Below are positions 54,706 through 64,000 of a stretch of 64,000 nucleotides of DNA, piece by piece (position 1 is the stretch's first letter; every line of letters begins with the position of its first letter). Source of the DNA: Candidatus Eiseniibacteriota bacterium (GTDB lineage Bacteria > Eisenbacteria > RBG-16-71-46); contig CAVQXP010000004.1 in the NCBI GenBank assembly GCA_963717935.1, positions 1,216,001-1,280,000 on the forward strand, read 5' to 3'. A program made the translations under genes and the position numbers. The notes under the pieces were generated by a model. It saw only the letters and a list, made by a program, of their open reading frames with translations, made no database searches and was not told the origin of the DNA.

Positions 54706-57700
54706 ATGTTTCTGCACCGGCTCGAACTCCAGGGTTTCAAGTCATTCGTCGACAAGACCGAGCTGCTGTTCGGCGAGGGCATGACCGGCGTCATCGGGCC
54801 CAACGGCTGCGGCAAGACCAACGTCTCCGACGCCATCCGCTGGGTGATGGGCGAGCAGAGCGCCAAGCAGCTGCGCGGCGACTCGATGGAGGACGTGATC
54901 TTCAACGGCTGCCCCACCCGCAAGCCGTTCGGCATGGCCGAGGTCCACCTCACCTTCAAGAACGACCGGGGCATCCTCCCGACCGAGTTCTCCGAGGTCA
55001 CGGTCTCGCGGCGCGTGTTCCGCTCGGGCGTGAGCGAGTACTCCCTCAACCAGACCCCGTGCCGGCTCAAGGACATCCGCGACCTCTTCTTCGACACGGG
55101 CATGGGCAGCCACGCCTACTCGGTGATCGAGCGCGCCATGGTGGACCACGTGCTCTCGGACAACTCGGGGCACCGCCGCTTCCTGTTCGAGGAGGCCTCC
55201 GGCATCACCAAGTACAAGGCGCGCAAGAAGGAGGCGCTCAACAAGCTCGACGCCACCGAGACCGACCTGGTCCGGCTCAACGACATCGTCTTCGAGCTGG
55301 AGCGCGAGCTGCGCTCGCTCGCCCGCCAGGTGGGGAAGGCCCGCCGCTACCAGCGCTGGCGCGACGAGATCCGCGATCTGGACCTGGTGCTCACCGCCAG
55401 CCACGTCGAGGCCCTGAAGCACAAGGAGGCCGAGGCGAAGGAGCAGTGGGAAGAGGAGTCCGTGAGGCGCGTGGGCGTCACCGCCGCGCTCGACGGGCTC
55501 GAGGCCACGCTCAACGACCGCAAGCTCGCCCTGCTCGAACTGGAGCGCGAACTGTCGACCGCGCAGGGGGGACTGCGCGACCGCGAGGAGGCGCGCACCC
55601 AGGCCGAGCACCAGGTGGTGCTGCTGCGCGAGCGCGCGGCGGGCCTGCTGCGCCGGGCCGACGAGGCGGTGGCCGAGGCGCGCGGCCTGCGCGAGCGGCT
55701 CGCCGAGGTGGCGGCCCGCGAGACCGAGGCCGGCGCGCGGCTGGCGGTGCTGCGCACCGAGCGCGAGGCGGCCCAGGCCGAGGTCGAGTCGCTCGGTCAG
55801 GCGCTGGGGGCGATCGAGACCGAACTACGCGCGCGCCGCGAGGTGGCAAGCCAGCGCAAGCAGCTGTCGCTCGACCTGTTCTCGACCGAGGCCGACAAGC
55901 GCGGCACCCTCGAGAACCTGCGGGCGCGGCGCCTGTCGCTCACCGAGCGGCGGGACGCGGCGGCGGTGCGGCGCGACGAGCTCGAGGCGCGGGTGGCCGA
56001 GTTGGTCCGGATCGCGGCCGACCGGAGCGCCACGCGCACCGGGCTCGAGACCGCGCTCGAGGCGGCGCGTGTGGCGCTGGCCACCGTGGACGAGCAGATC
56101 CGCGCGTTCGCGATCAGCCTCGAGGAGACCGGCACCCTGCTTGCGGGCCTGCGGCAGCGGTCCGCCGCGGCCGAGTCGCGGCTCGAGACCCTGCTGGACC
56201 TGAAGCGCAACTTCGACGGCGTCTCGGAGGGCGTGAAGGCCCTGCTGGCCGGGGACCATCGCGCCCCTGGCACGCTGGGCATGGTCTCCGACGTGCTCGA
56301 GGTGCCGGCGCGCTACCTCGACGCGCTCGAGGCCTCGCTGGGCGAGGCGGCTGCGTTCGTGCTGGTGGCGGACCGCGCGGCGCTCGACGCGGCGCTCGAG
56401 CACCTGCGCGGGCTGGAGAGCGGGCGGGCCACGCTGGTGGACCTGGCGGGCCTCACCACGGGGACGCTGCACGAGGTGCCGCAGGGCGCAGGCCTGGTGG
56501 GCCGCGCCTCGGACCTGGTGCGCTGCGAGGAGCGCTACCGCATCCTGGTCGAGCGCCTGCTCGGCACGGTCGTGGTGGTCGAGGACCGCGCGACCGCCGC
56601 GCGGCTGGCCGCCCACTCCGAGGCGGGACTGCGCTTCGTGAGCCTGGACGGCGAGGTCTGGGAGCGCGGGCGCGTGCGCGCCGGCTCGGCGCGGAACCTG
56701 AGCGGGCTGCTGCACCGCGAGAACGAGATCCGCGAGCTGACGGGCGAGCTGGCCGAGCGCCGGCTCGCGATCGAGGCGCTGGAGCGCGAGCGCGAGGGCC
56801 TGGAGGCGGGGCGCCAGGAGGCGCTGGCGCTGCGCGAGGGCGCGGCCGCCGGACTCGAGCAGGCCCGCATGGCGATCGAGGCGCTGGAGCGCGAGCTCGA
56901 GGCCGGCGCGCGGGAGAGCCGCTGGGCCGATGGCGAGGCCGGCGCGCGCCGCCGCGAGATCGAGCTGTACGAGGCCGAGCGGGAGACGCTCGAGCGGGCC
57001 CTGGCCGAGGCCGAGGCCGACCTGGCCGACTACCAGCAGCAGGTCGAGAGCGCCCGCGCGCAACTCGCCGACCTGGACGGCGCGCTGCGCGGGCTCGAGG
57101 GCCGGCGTGACGAGGCGGCGGCCGCTGCCCGCGCCGCCGGCGAGCAGTTGCTGCAGATGGCCCGCGACCAGGGCGAGTGGGAGAGCCAGTGGGCGCGCGC
57201 CGAGCAGACGCGCCGCGAGCTGGAGGCCGGCATCGAGGCGCGCGATCGCGAGGACCACGAAGCGCGCTCGAAGGTGGCCGAGATCGAGGCCGAGGTCTCC
57301 GGGCTGTCGGCCGGGCTCACCGGACTGCTCGAATCCGAGTCCACGCAGCGCGAGCGCGTGGTCGAACTGCAGAAGCGCTTCCTGGCCCGCAAGCAGGAGG
57401 TGCAGGGCGGGGAGGAGGAGGCGCGCCAGTTGCGTTTCCAGCAGACCGAGCTGAGCGAGCTGATGCACCAGATCGAGCTGGACCGCGTGCAGACCCACTC
57501 CGAGCTGGAGCGCACGTTCGAGCGTCTGCACACCGAGTACGAGCTGGATGTGGCCAACTGGGAGCCGGCGCCGCCCGCCGAGGGCTTCGACGCCGACGAG
57601 GCCCGCAAGCGGCTCGAGGAGATGCGCACGCGCTACCGCGCGCTCGGCCCGGTCAACCTGCTGGCGGTGGACGAGTACGCGAAGAAGAAGGAGCGCTGGC

Positions 57701-58293
57701 AGTTCCTCACCCGGCAGCGCACCGACCTCACCAGCGCCAAGGCGCAATTGCTCGAAGCCATCGAGAAGATCAACGTCACGGCGAGCGAGATGTTCCGCGA
57801 GACGTTCGCGAAGGTGCAGGTCCACTTCCGTGACGTCTTCAGCACGCTGTTCGAGGGCGGCGACTCGGAGCTGCGCATGGTGGGTGACGATCCGCTCGAA
57901 TGCGAGATCGAGATCGTCGCCAAGCCTCGCGGCAAGCACCTGCAGAGCATCAGCCTGATGTCCGGGGGCGAGCGGGCGCTCACCGCCATCGCCCTGTTGT
58001 TCGCCCTGTACCTGGTGAAGCCCTCGCCCTTCTGTCTGCTGGACGAGGTGGACGCGCCGCTCGACGATGCCAACGTGGACCGCTTCATCCGCATGCTCAA
58101 GCGCTTCAGCGACAAGACGCAGTTCGTGGTCATCACCCACAACAAGCGGACCATGGAGGCCTCACGCTGCCTCTACGGCGTGACCATGGAGGAGCTGGGC
58201 GTGTCGAAGCTCGTTTCCGTGCGCTTCGACGGCCAGCCCAGGAGCGGGGAGCTGAACAGCCACGAGCTGGCGGGCGCGGCTGCCGGCCGGTGA
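54706..58293 (+). CDS. smc: Chromosome segregation protein SMC
   Basis: GFKSF, GPNGCGKTN, LRG..MEDVIFNG, FEEA.GI, coiled coils and hinge, GPVN, SGGE, LDEVDAPLD. Confidence 0.97.
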   Translation: MFLHRLELQGFKSFVDKTELLFGEGMTGVIGPNGCGKTNVSDAIRWVMGEQSAKQLRGDSMEDVIFNGCPTRKPFGMAEVHLTFKNDRGILPTEFSEVTVSRRVFRSGVSEYSLNQTPCRLKDIRDLFFDTGMGSHAYSVIERAMVDHVLSDNSGHRRFLFEEASGITKYKARKKEALNKLDATETDLVRLNDIVFELERELRSLARQVGKARRYQRWRDEIRDLDLVLTASHVEALKHKEAEAKEQWEEESVRRVGVTAALDGLEATLNDRKLALLELERELSTAQGGLRDREEARTQAEHQVVLLRERAAGLLRRADEAVAEARGLRERLAEVAARETEAGARLAVLRTEREAAQAEVESLGQALGAIETELRARREVASQRKQLSLDLFSTEADKRGTLENLRARRLSLTERRDAAAVRRDELEARVAELVRIAADRSATRTGLETALEAARVALATVDEQIRAFAISLEETGTLLAGLRQRSAAAESRLETLLDLKRNFDGVSEGVKALLAGDHRAPGTLGMVSDVLEVPARYLDALEASLGEAAAFVLVADRAALDAALEHLRGLESGRATLVDLAGLTTGTLHEVPQGAGLVGRASDLVRCEERYRILVERLLGTVVVVEDRATAARLAAHSEAGLRFVSLDGEVWERGRVRAGSARNLSGLLHRENEIRELTGELAERRLAIEALEREREGLEAGRQEALALREGAAAGLEQARMAIEALERELEAGARESRWADGEAGARRREIELYEAERETLERALAEAEADLADYQQQVESARAQLADLDGALRGLEGRRDEAAAAARAAGEQLLQMARDQGEWESQWARAEQTRRELEAGIEARDREDHEARSKVAEIEAEVSGLSAGLTGLLESESTQRERVVELQKRFLARKQEVQGGEEEARQLRFQQTELSELMHQIELDRVQTHSELERTFERLHTEYELDVANWEPAPPAEGFDADEARKRLEEMRTRYRALGPVNLLAVDEYAKKKERWQFLTRQRTDLTSAKAQLLEAIEKINVTASEMFRETFAKVQVHFRDVFSTLFEGGDSELRMVGDDPLECEIEIVAKPRGKHLQSISLMSGGERALTAIALLFALYLVKPSPFCLLDEVDAPLDDANVDRFIRMLKRFSDKTQFVVITHNKRTMEASRCLYGVTMEELGVSKLVSVRFDGQPRSGELNSHELAGAAAGR

Positions 58294-58330
58294 GGGTGCG
58301 CACGGAGTCCGACGTCCGGTTCCGCACCCC

Positions 58331-59248
58331 GTGAGCCTGTTCTCCAGCTTCCGCGCCGGGCTCGCGCGGACACGCGAGCGCCTGGTCGAGCAGGTCGGCG
58401 GGCTGCTCCAGCGTCGTGGCGCCGTGGACGCGGCCACCCTGGAGAGCCTCGAGGAGGCGCTGCTCGCGGCCGATGTCGGCCCGGCCACCACCGAGCGGCT
58501 GCTCGAGCGGGCCCAGGAGCTGCTTCAGCGCTCGCCCGAACTCGAGTTGCACGGCGCCCTCGAGCAGGCCGCCGCCGCGCTGCTCGGGGTCGGTTCCGGC
58601 TTGGCCCCGGGCGCGCGCTTCGAGCCCGCGGGCCAGAAGCCCTGGGTGGCGCTGCTCGTCGGCGTGAACGGGGTGGGCAAGACCACGCTCGCGGGCAAGC
58701 TCGCGGCGCGCTTCGCGCGCGAGCCGCGCAGGACGCTGCTCGTGGCGGCCGACACGTTCCGGGCCGCGGCCACCGAGCAGCTCGAGATCTGGGCGGAGCG
58801 GGCGGGTGTGGAGCTGATGCGGGCCCGCTCCGGTTCGGACCCGGCGGCGGTGGTGCACGACGCCCTCAGCGCGGCCCTCGCGCGTGGCACCGAGGTGGTG
58901 CTGGTGGACACGGCGGGGCGGCTGCACACGAAGCACAACCTGATGGGTGAGCTGGAGAAGATCGGGCGCGTCTGCGGGCGCGTCGTCCCCGGCGCACCGC
59001 ACCATGTCCTGCTGGTGCTCGACGCCACGCTGGGCCAGAACGGCCTGCAGCAGGCCCGCGAGTTCCAGCGGGCGCTGCCGATCACCAGTCTGGCGCTCAC
59101 GAAACTGGACGGGACCGCGCGGGGTGGCGCGGTGCTCTCCATCGCGGAGGCGCTCGGCCTGCCCATCAGCGTGGTCGGGATCGGCGAAGGGTTGGACGAC
59201 TGGGAGCCGTTCGACGCCGAGGCCTTCGCCCGGGGGCTGTTCGAGTAG
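58331..59248 (+). CDS. ftsY: SRP receptor FtsY
   Basis: GVNGVGKTT..KLA, DTFRAAA, DTAGRL, DATLGQN, TKLDGTARGG. Confidence 0.96.
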   Translation: MSLFSSFRAGLARTRERLVEQVGGLLQRRGAVDAATLESLEEALLAADVGPATTERLLERAQELLQRSPELELHGALEQAAAALLGVGSGLAPGARFEPAGQKPWVALLVGVNGVGKTTLAGKLAARFAREPRRTLLVAADTFRAAATEQLEIWAERAGVELMRARSGSDPAAVVHDALSAALARGTEVVLVDTAGRLHTKHNLMGELEKIGRVCGRVVPGAPHHVLLVLDATLGQNGLQQAREFQRALPITSLALTKLDGTARGGAVLSIAEALGLPISVVGIGEGLDDWEPFDAEAFARGLFE

Positions 59249-59371
59249 CGTCGCGGCTTCTTCCCCCGCTCAGCGGACGCGGGCGCCACGGGACTCGATG
59301 GCCGCGCTCCTCACGCTGGCCCCACTGCCCGGCCCCGCGCACCGGGGCGCAGGACCGGGCCGGGACGACTC

Positions 59372-60280
59372 TCAGGAGGTGCGAGGCTGGGGCTTCGCCG
59401 CGGGGGCCTTCGGCTTGCGCGCCGGAGCGGCGCGCTGCTCGGCCAGGGAGCGGCGGAACTCCACGGGCACGAGCCTCGGCTCCAGACCCTCGGTCCCGTA
59501 CGCCTCGAGCTCCAGCACCCCTTTCGAGCGGTCCATGATCCTCATGGGGCCCGACTCCTGGGAGCGGCCGGTGAGCCAGGCGCGGCGTGAGATCGAATAG
59601 TCGATTTCCTCGCGCGCGCGGCCCGTGACCGGTATCTGCGGCGTCAGGTAGGTCACGCGCACGTCGCGAACCTCGGTGTACTGGGAGCTGTCGGCGCTCT
59701 GGGCGGTGGAGCTGAGGCCCTGCTCGGTGCGCACCTTGATACAGACGAATTCTCCCAGATCGGTCTTCAGTGTGTCCGTGCCCAGCGTATCCACCAGCGT
59801 GGTGAGGCCCGGGTTGGGCAGCGTGCGGCTCTTCATCGCGGCCGCGCCGCGCCGCATGGTCTGCTGGCGGGGCTGGTTGTTCTCGTCGAGTTCCGAGACC
59901 CGCTTGCGCTGGTAGAGCAGGACGTGGCGTGCGGCCAGAGTGTCATCGAAGATGGCGGAGGACATCAGGGTGGCTGCCGTCTCCAGCGGCCCCTGCGGCC
60001 GCTGGGTCGAGGTCTCGACCCAGAAGCACTCCTCGCCCCACCACTCCTCCTCGCCTGCGATCTGCACGGTCACGGTGTAATCGTCGGTGACACCCATCTC
60101 GCTCTTGCCGGTCATGTGGTATCTGACCCACGATCCCACCTTGACGACCGACCGGCCGTGGGCGTAGTCCAACGTGCCGATGGCGTCGAGGAGTGCGACC
60201 CCCTGCGCGGGCGCGGATCGTGCGGCGAGCACGAAGGACAGTATGGCGAGCAGGGCGACCAGAACGCGGGAACGACTCAT
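59372..60280 (-). CDS. Hypothetical exported protein
   Basis: Signal peptide ending APA-Q; long ORF with GC-biased third positions; no recognised motif. Confidence 0.7.
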   Translation of the reverse strand: MSRSRVLVALLAILSFVLAARSAPAQGVALLDAIGTLDYAHGRSVVKVGSWVRYHMTGKSEMGVTDDYTVTVQIAGEEEWWGEECFWVETSTQRPQGPLETAATLMSSAIFDDTLAARHVLLYQRKRVSELDENNQPRQQTMRRGAAAMKSRTLPNPGLTTLVDTLGTDTLKTDLGEFVCIKVRTEQGLSSTAQSADSSQYTEVRDVRVTYLTPQIPVTGRAREEIDYSISRRAWLTGRSQESGPMRIMDRSKGVLELEAYGTEGLEPRLVPVEFRRSLAEQRAAPARKPKAPAAKPQPRTS

Positions 60281-60413
60281 GCAAGCGATCTCCGGTGTCG
60301 GGTGATCCGGCGCCCGCGGCTCGGCCGGACTTCACCGGGCTCCCCCCGCAGGCAGGACGACCCCCATTATCCACGACCCGGCCCGGCATCCCAAGCGGGC
60401 CTCCCGGAGACCG

Positions 60414-61118
60414 ATGCCCGCGAGCGATCCCGCCCCGCGCGCCACCCGCGACGGCGGCACGCCTGCGCCGCCCGTACGCAGCCTGCGGCCGCGGGAGAAG
60501 TTGCGCGCCCGCGGTCCGTCCGCGCTGGCCGACGCCGAGTTGCTGGCGCTGGTGCTGGGATCGGGTACGGCCGGGCGCAGCGCGCTGCGCATCGGGCGGC
60601 ATCTGGCGCGTCGCAGCCCGGACGAGTTGGGCGCCTGGTCGAGCGCCCGCTGGCTGCTCGTGCCCGGTGTGGGGCCGGCGCACGCGGCGGCGCTCGTGGC
60701 TGCCTTCGAGCTGGGACGGAGGGCGGCCGAGGGGGCGCCCGGCGGCGCCGCCATCCGCGGCCCCGAGGACGTGCTCGCCCAAGTGCGCGACCTGGCGCGG
60801 GCGCGCAAGGAGCACTTCGTCGTGCTGCTGCTCAACGCGCGGCACGAGATGCAGTGCCGCGAGGTGGTCTCGATCGGCAGCCTCAACGCGTCCATCGTAC
60901 ACCCGCGCGAGGTGTTCCAGCCGGCCATCATGCACTCGGCCGCGGCCGTGGTCCTGGTGCACAACCACCCCAGTGGCGACCCGGAGCCCAGCGAGGAGGA
61001 CCTGAGCATCACGCGGCGGCTCGTGCAGGTGGGGGAGGTGGTCGGGATCGCGGTGCTCGACCACGTCATCGTGGCGATGCGCGGGCTCGTGAGCCTGCGC
61101 GCCCGGCAGTTGCTGTGA
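60414..61118 (+). CDS. radC: RadC/JAB domain protein
   Basis: RPREKL...G...L.D.ELLA, GVG.A, E.F, HPREVF, HNHPSGD.EPS.ED, LDHVI. Confidence 0.93.
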   Translation: MPASDPAPRATRDGGTPAPPVRSLRPREKLRARGPSALADAELLALVLGSGTAGRSALRIGRHLARRSPDELGAWSSARWLLVPGVGPAHAAALVAAFELGRRAAEGAPGGAAIRGPEDVLAQVRDLARARKEHFVVLLLNARHEMQCREVVSIGSLNASIVHPREVFQPAIMHSAAAVVLVHNHPSGDPEPSEEDLSITRRLVQVGEVVGIAVLDHVIVAMRGLVSLRARQLL

Positions 61119-61182
61119 GGCCGGGGGGGGGGCGCCCCGCAGGGTGCTTGCCGGGCCGCCCGCCGGGGGCCATGCTCCGGCC

Positions 61183-61602
61183 GTGGAGGAAGGTCACAGC
61201 ACGTTCGACCACACCGGCGACCTCGGCCTCGAGGTCTGGGCCCCGCGTGCCGCGCGGCTCTACGCGCTGGCTGCCGAGGTCCTGATGGCGCTGGTCGCGG
61301 ATGCGCGCGGGGCCGCGCCCGAGCTGGAGCGGGTGGTGCGGATCACGGGGGATGACCCCGCCGATCTGCTGGTGCACTGGCTGAACACGGTGCTGCTGGA
61401 GTCCGAGCTGGCGAAGGCCGTGTGGACGCGCGCGGAGGTGCACGTCCTGACGCCGACCGCGCTCGAGGCGACGCTGCGGGGCTCGCGACTGGATCCCGCG
61501 CGCCAGACCTTCCTGCGTGAGATCAAGGCTGTTTCCCACCACGCGCTCGTGCTGGAGCTGAACGAGCCGGCCTGCCGCTGCCGGCTCGTGCTCGACCTCT
61601 GA
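61183..61602 (+). CDS. Archease
   Basis: DHTGD, DLLVHWLN, EIKAVSHH, C-terminal LVLDL; start uncertain. Confidence 0.88.
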   Translation: MEEGHSTFDHTGDLGLEVWAPRAARLYALAAEVLMALVADARGAAPELERVVRITGDDPADLLVHWLNTVLLESELAKAVWTRAEVHVLTPTALEATLRGSRLDPARQTFLREIKAVSHHALVLELNEPACRCRLVLDL

Positions 61603-61640
61603 ACGGCGCTGCTGCCGGTCGCGCTACTGGCCGCTCGTGA

Positions 61641-62861
61641 TGACGTCGTCCCAGGATTTCGCGGCAGGTCAGAAGTAGAGCATGCTGCCCTCCGGAGGCC
61701 TACCCGGAGGGGGAGCGATGAAGCGGTCGCGGTACACGGAAGAGCAGGTGGCCTACGCGCTGCGCCAGGCTGAAGCGGGCACCCCGGTGGGGGACGTCTG
61801 CCGGCAGCTGGGCATCGCGGAGGCCACGTTCTATGTCTGGAAGAAGAAGTTCGCAGGCCTGGGGGTCGGTGAGCTGCGTAAGGTGCGGCAGCTCGAGGAG
61901 GAGAACGGCCGGCTGAAGCGGGTGGTGGCGGATCTGACGCTGGACAAGCACATCCTGCAGGAGGCGCTCCGAAAAAAGGCCTGAAGCCGACGCGACGCAA
62001 GGCGCTGGCGCACTGGATCCACGAGCGGTTCCAGGTGAACGTCCGGCGGTCGTGTCGGCTGGCGCTGATCCAGCGGGCGAGTTGGTACTACAAGTCGCAG
62101 GCGCAGGACCAGTCGGGGCTCAGGCTGCGGATCCGGGAGATTGCCCAGGCCCGCCCGCGGTTCGGTTACGAGCGGATCCACACGCTGCTGCGTCGGGAGG
62201 GCTGGCAGGTCAACCGGAAGCGGATTCACCGGCTGTACTGCCTGGAGGGGCTGCAGGTGCGGATGCGGGTGCGGCGGCGGAAGCAGATGAGCCTGCACCG
62301 GGGCCCGGTGCCTCGTCCGACGGCAGCGAACGTCCACTGGAGCATGGATTTCGTGCACGACCAACTGGCCGACGGGCGGCCATTTCGGGTGCTGACGGTG
62401 ATCGATCAATGGAGTCGTGAGAGTGTGTTGCTGGAGGCGGGTTCTTCGCTGACTGGGAAGGCGGTCGCGGAAGCGCTGGATCGGGCGTCCTGGAGGCGTC
62501 CCTTGCCCAAGGCGATCACCGTCGATCACGGCACCGAGTTCACCTCCAAGGCGCTGGACCAATGGGCCTGGCAGCGCGGGATCGAGTTGGATTTCATCCG
62601 CCCCGGTAAGCCAATCGAGAACGCGCTGATCGAGTCCTTCAACGGGCGGCTGCGGGACGAATGCCTGAACGTGAACGAGTTCGTTTCGATGGAGGATGTG
62701 CGGCACCGAATCGAGGCCTGGCGGCTCGACTACAATCACCGCCGGCCGCATGGCTCGCTCGGGAACCTGACCCCCAGCGAGTTTGCCGAACAGAGTCAGG
62801 AACGTGCCTCAGGAGGGGCGGCAGTCTAGTTCAGATCTGTCCGAAAACGGGGCCGACCTCA
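61641..62861 (+). mobile_element. Complete IS3-family insertion sequence (IS407-like), 1221 bp
   Basis: TG...CA ends; imperfect IRs TGACGTCGTCCCAGGATTTCGCGGCAGGTCAGAAGTAGA vs reverse complement TGAGGTCGGCCCCGTTTTCGGACAGATCTGAACTAGA; 4-bp direct repeat GTGA at 61637-61640 and 62862-62865. Confidence 0.93.
61718..62829 (+). CDS. IS3 transposase OrfA (61718-61984) / OrfB fusion via programmed -1 frameshift
   Basis: OrfA HTH MKRSRYTEEQ...TFYVWKKKF; slippery AAAAAAG at 61972-61978; DDE core WSMDF, VDHGTEF, IESFNGRLRDECLN, YN..RPH.SLG. Confidence 0.93.
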
Positions 62862-62931
62862 GTGAGCGGCGGAGTCCAGTTATCCTTTGTCTACTTGACG
62901 GGGAAGCTTACGGAGGCATCACGTGTCGGTC

Positions 62932-63567
62932 ATGCTGAGGACCTCGTTGCCGTGGGTGCTCGTGGGCGCGCTGGCGTGCGCGGGCGCGTGTTCGTCCGGG
63001 GACGGCGCGGCGCCCGCACCGACCAGGAGCTTTTCGGAGGTCTTCTTGAGCGTCGACGCATGGAGCGAAGCGCGCGTCATGACGCTGGTCATCGATGGAG
63101 CCGGCCGTCGGACCGGATGGAATAAGGGGGAACAGTTCCGGGAAATCGTGGGATGTGGACTGGGCTTCGGGACCGAAGAGGGCATTCCGAACCCCGAGGG
63201 GGAGCCGGACGACACGTCTGCGACCACCCCGCCGGAGCCTCTTCCAGGAGATGCAGCCGTCGACACCGTGTCCGGTGAGCGGGAACCGACGCCAAGGTAC
63301 TACTACTTCCACATCTCTAACGATGCGGTTACCCCGGTTGGTCTCATCGACCAAGGTGGATGCGAGCTGCGGTTGGATCCCACAGCGGCTGGCAAGGTGC
63401 AGCTTGGGCTCAGCGCGAAGAAGGGGGTATTCATTCTGTGCGAGGACACGACATCGGTCTGGGTAAGGCCCGGGGTGCCGTTGCGCTGGCGGCTGAGCTG
63501 GAAGGCTCAGAGAGACAGATGCGTTGTGAGGATCTCCAAGCTGCCGGCAAGATCTCCCAAGCGCTGA
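62932..63567 (+). CDS. Hypothetical exported protein or lipoprotein
   Basis: GGAGG RBS, hydrophobic N-terminus with Cys (ACAGAC); composition less GC-biased than flanking core genes. Confidence 0.55.
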   Translation: MLRTSLPWVLVGALACAGACSSGDGAAPAPTRSFSEVFLSVDAWSEARVMTLVIDGAGRRTGWNKGEQFREIVGCGLGFGTEEGIPNPEGEPDDTSATTPPEPLPGDAAVDTVSGEREPTPRYYYFHISNDAVTPVGLIDQGGCELRLDPTAAGKVQLGLSAKKGVFILCEDTTSVWVRPGVPLRWRLSWKAQRDRCVVRISKLPARSPKR

Positions 63568-63663
63568 GCGGCACGCAGTCGCCCCCGTTGATCTCGTTTG
63601 GAGGCAAGCGCCGCGATTGACATTGGTCGGAGGTCCAGCACCGATTCCAATTCTCCATCCGTA

Positions 63664-64000
63664 TCAGCCTCCAATCGTCGTGAACCGCCTCCCCTCGTAC
63701 GCGCGGTGCTGCAACGCCTCGGCCAACGCGCGCACGCTGACGCACTCCTCGCTGGTGAGATCCGCGATCGTGCGCGCCACGCGCATCGCGCGGTGAACCG
63801 CGCGTGCGGACATCCCGCCGCGATCCACCGCATCGGCGACGAGCCGGCGCCCGGCCTGATCGAGCGCGCAGCACTCGTCGAGCCGCGCAGGGGGCAGGAG
63901 TGCGTTCAGGCATCCGCGCTCGCGCTGGCGCGCCCGCGCCGCGAGCACGCGCGCCCTCACGACCGCGCTCGACTCGCCCAAGGATGCCGCCTGCAGCTCG
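63664..64000 (-). CDS. comM: ComM/YifB Mg-chelatase-like ATPase, 3' end only
   Basis: ESSAVVRARV..AR..Q, MSAR...R.MRVARTIADL, EAL.HR; runs off the window. Confidence 0.85.
   Translation of the reverse strand, partial: ELQAASLGESSAVVRARVLAARARQRERGCLNALLPPARLDECCALDQAGRRLVADAVDRGGMSARAVHRAMRVARTIADLTSEECVSVRALAEALQHRAYEGRRFTTIGG

Noticed and set aside
60414..61118. RadC/JAB as part of a CBASS or other defence system
   Set aside because: It is the full-length housekeeping form with N-terminal HhH region, and no cyclase, E1/E2 or effector genes are adjacent.

Overview
This is a very GC-rich (roughly 70-75% by eye) chromosomal segment of a diderm bacterium. FlgD-Ig-tailed and TWGxLKxxY-tailed secreted proteins, MglAB, SpoVG and smc-ftsY suggest Candidatus Eisenbacteria or a related FCB-group lineage (inference). 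Most of the window is core genome, in this order: tRNA-Ser/Ser/Arg, tadA, tRNA-Ser/Ser/Ala, SRP RNA, dnaX-ebfC-recR, mglBA, pgpA, csp, cinA-thpR-recA-recX-alaS, rmlA-rmlD-gmhA-UbiA-ispE-spoVG, tRNA-Gln, prs-rplY-pth-rpsF-ssb-rpsR-rplI, selA, smc-ftsY, radC, archease and the 3' end of comM. There are three accessory parts. (1) A ~9 kb envelope/redox block lies between tadA and tRNA-Ser(CGA). (2) A minus-strand run encodes a TonB-dependent receptor, a periplasmic binding protein, a hybrid histidine kinase, a dual-domain amidase and TonB; it is the best candidate for an uncharacterised trans-envelope sensing system. (3) A complete 1221-bp IS3-family element with a 4-bp target duplication is inserted into a palindrome. 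Many genes in the first ~22.5 kb carry frameshifts, including essential ones, and these are most likely sequencing or assembly errors. No CRISPR array, rRNA or prophage was seen.
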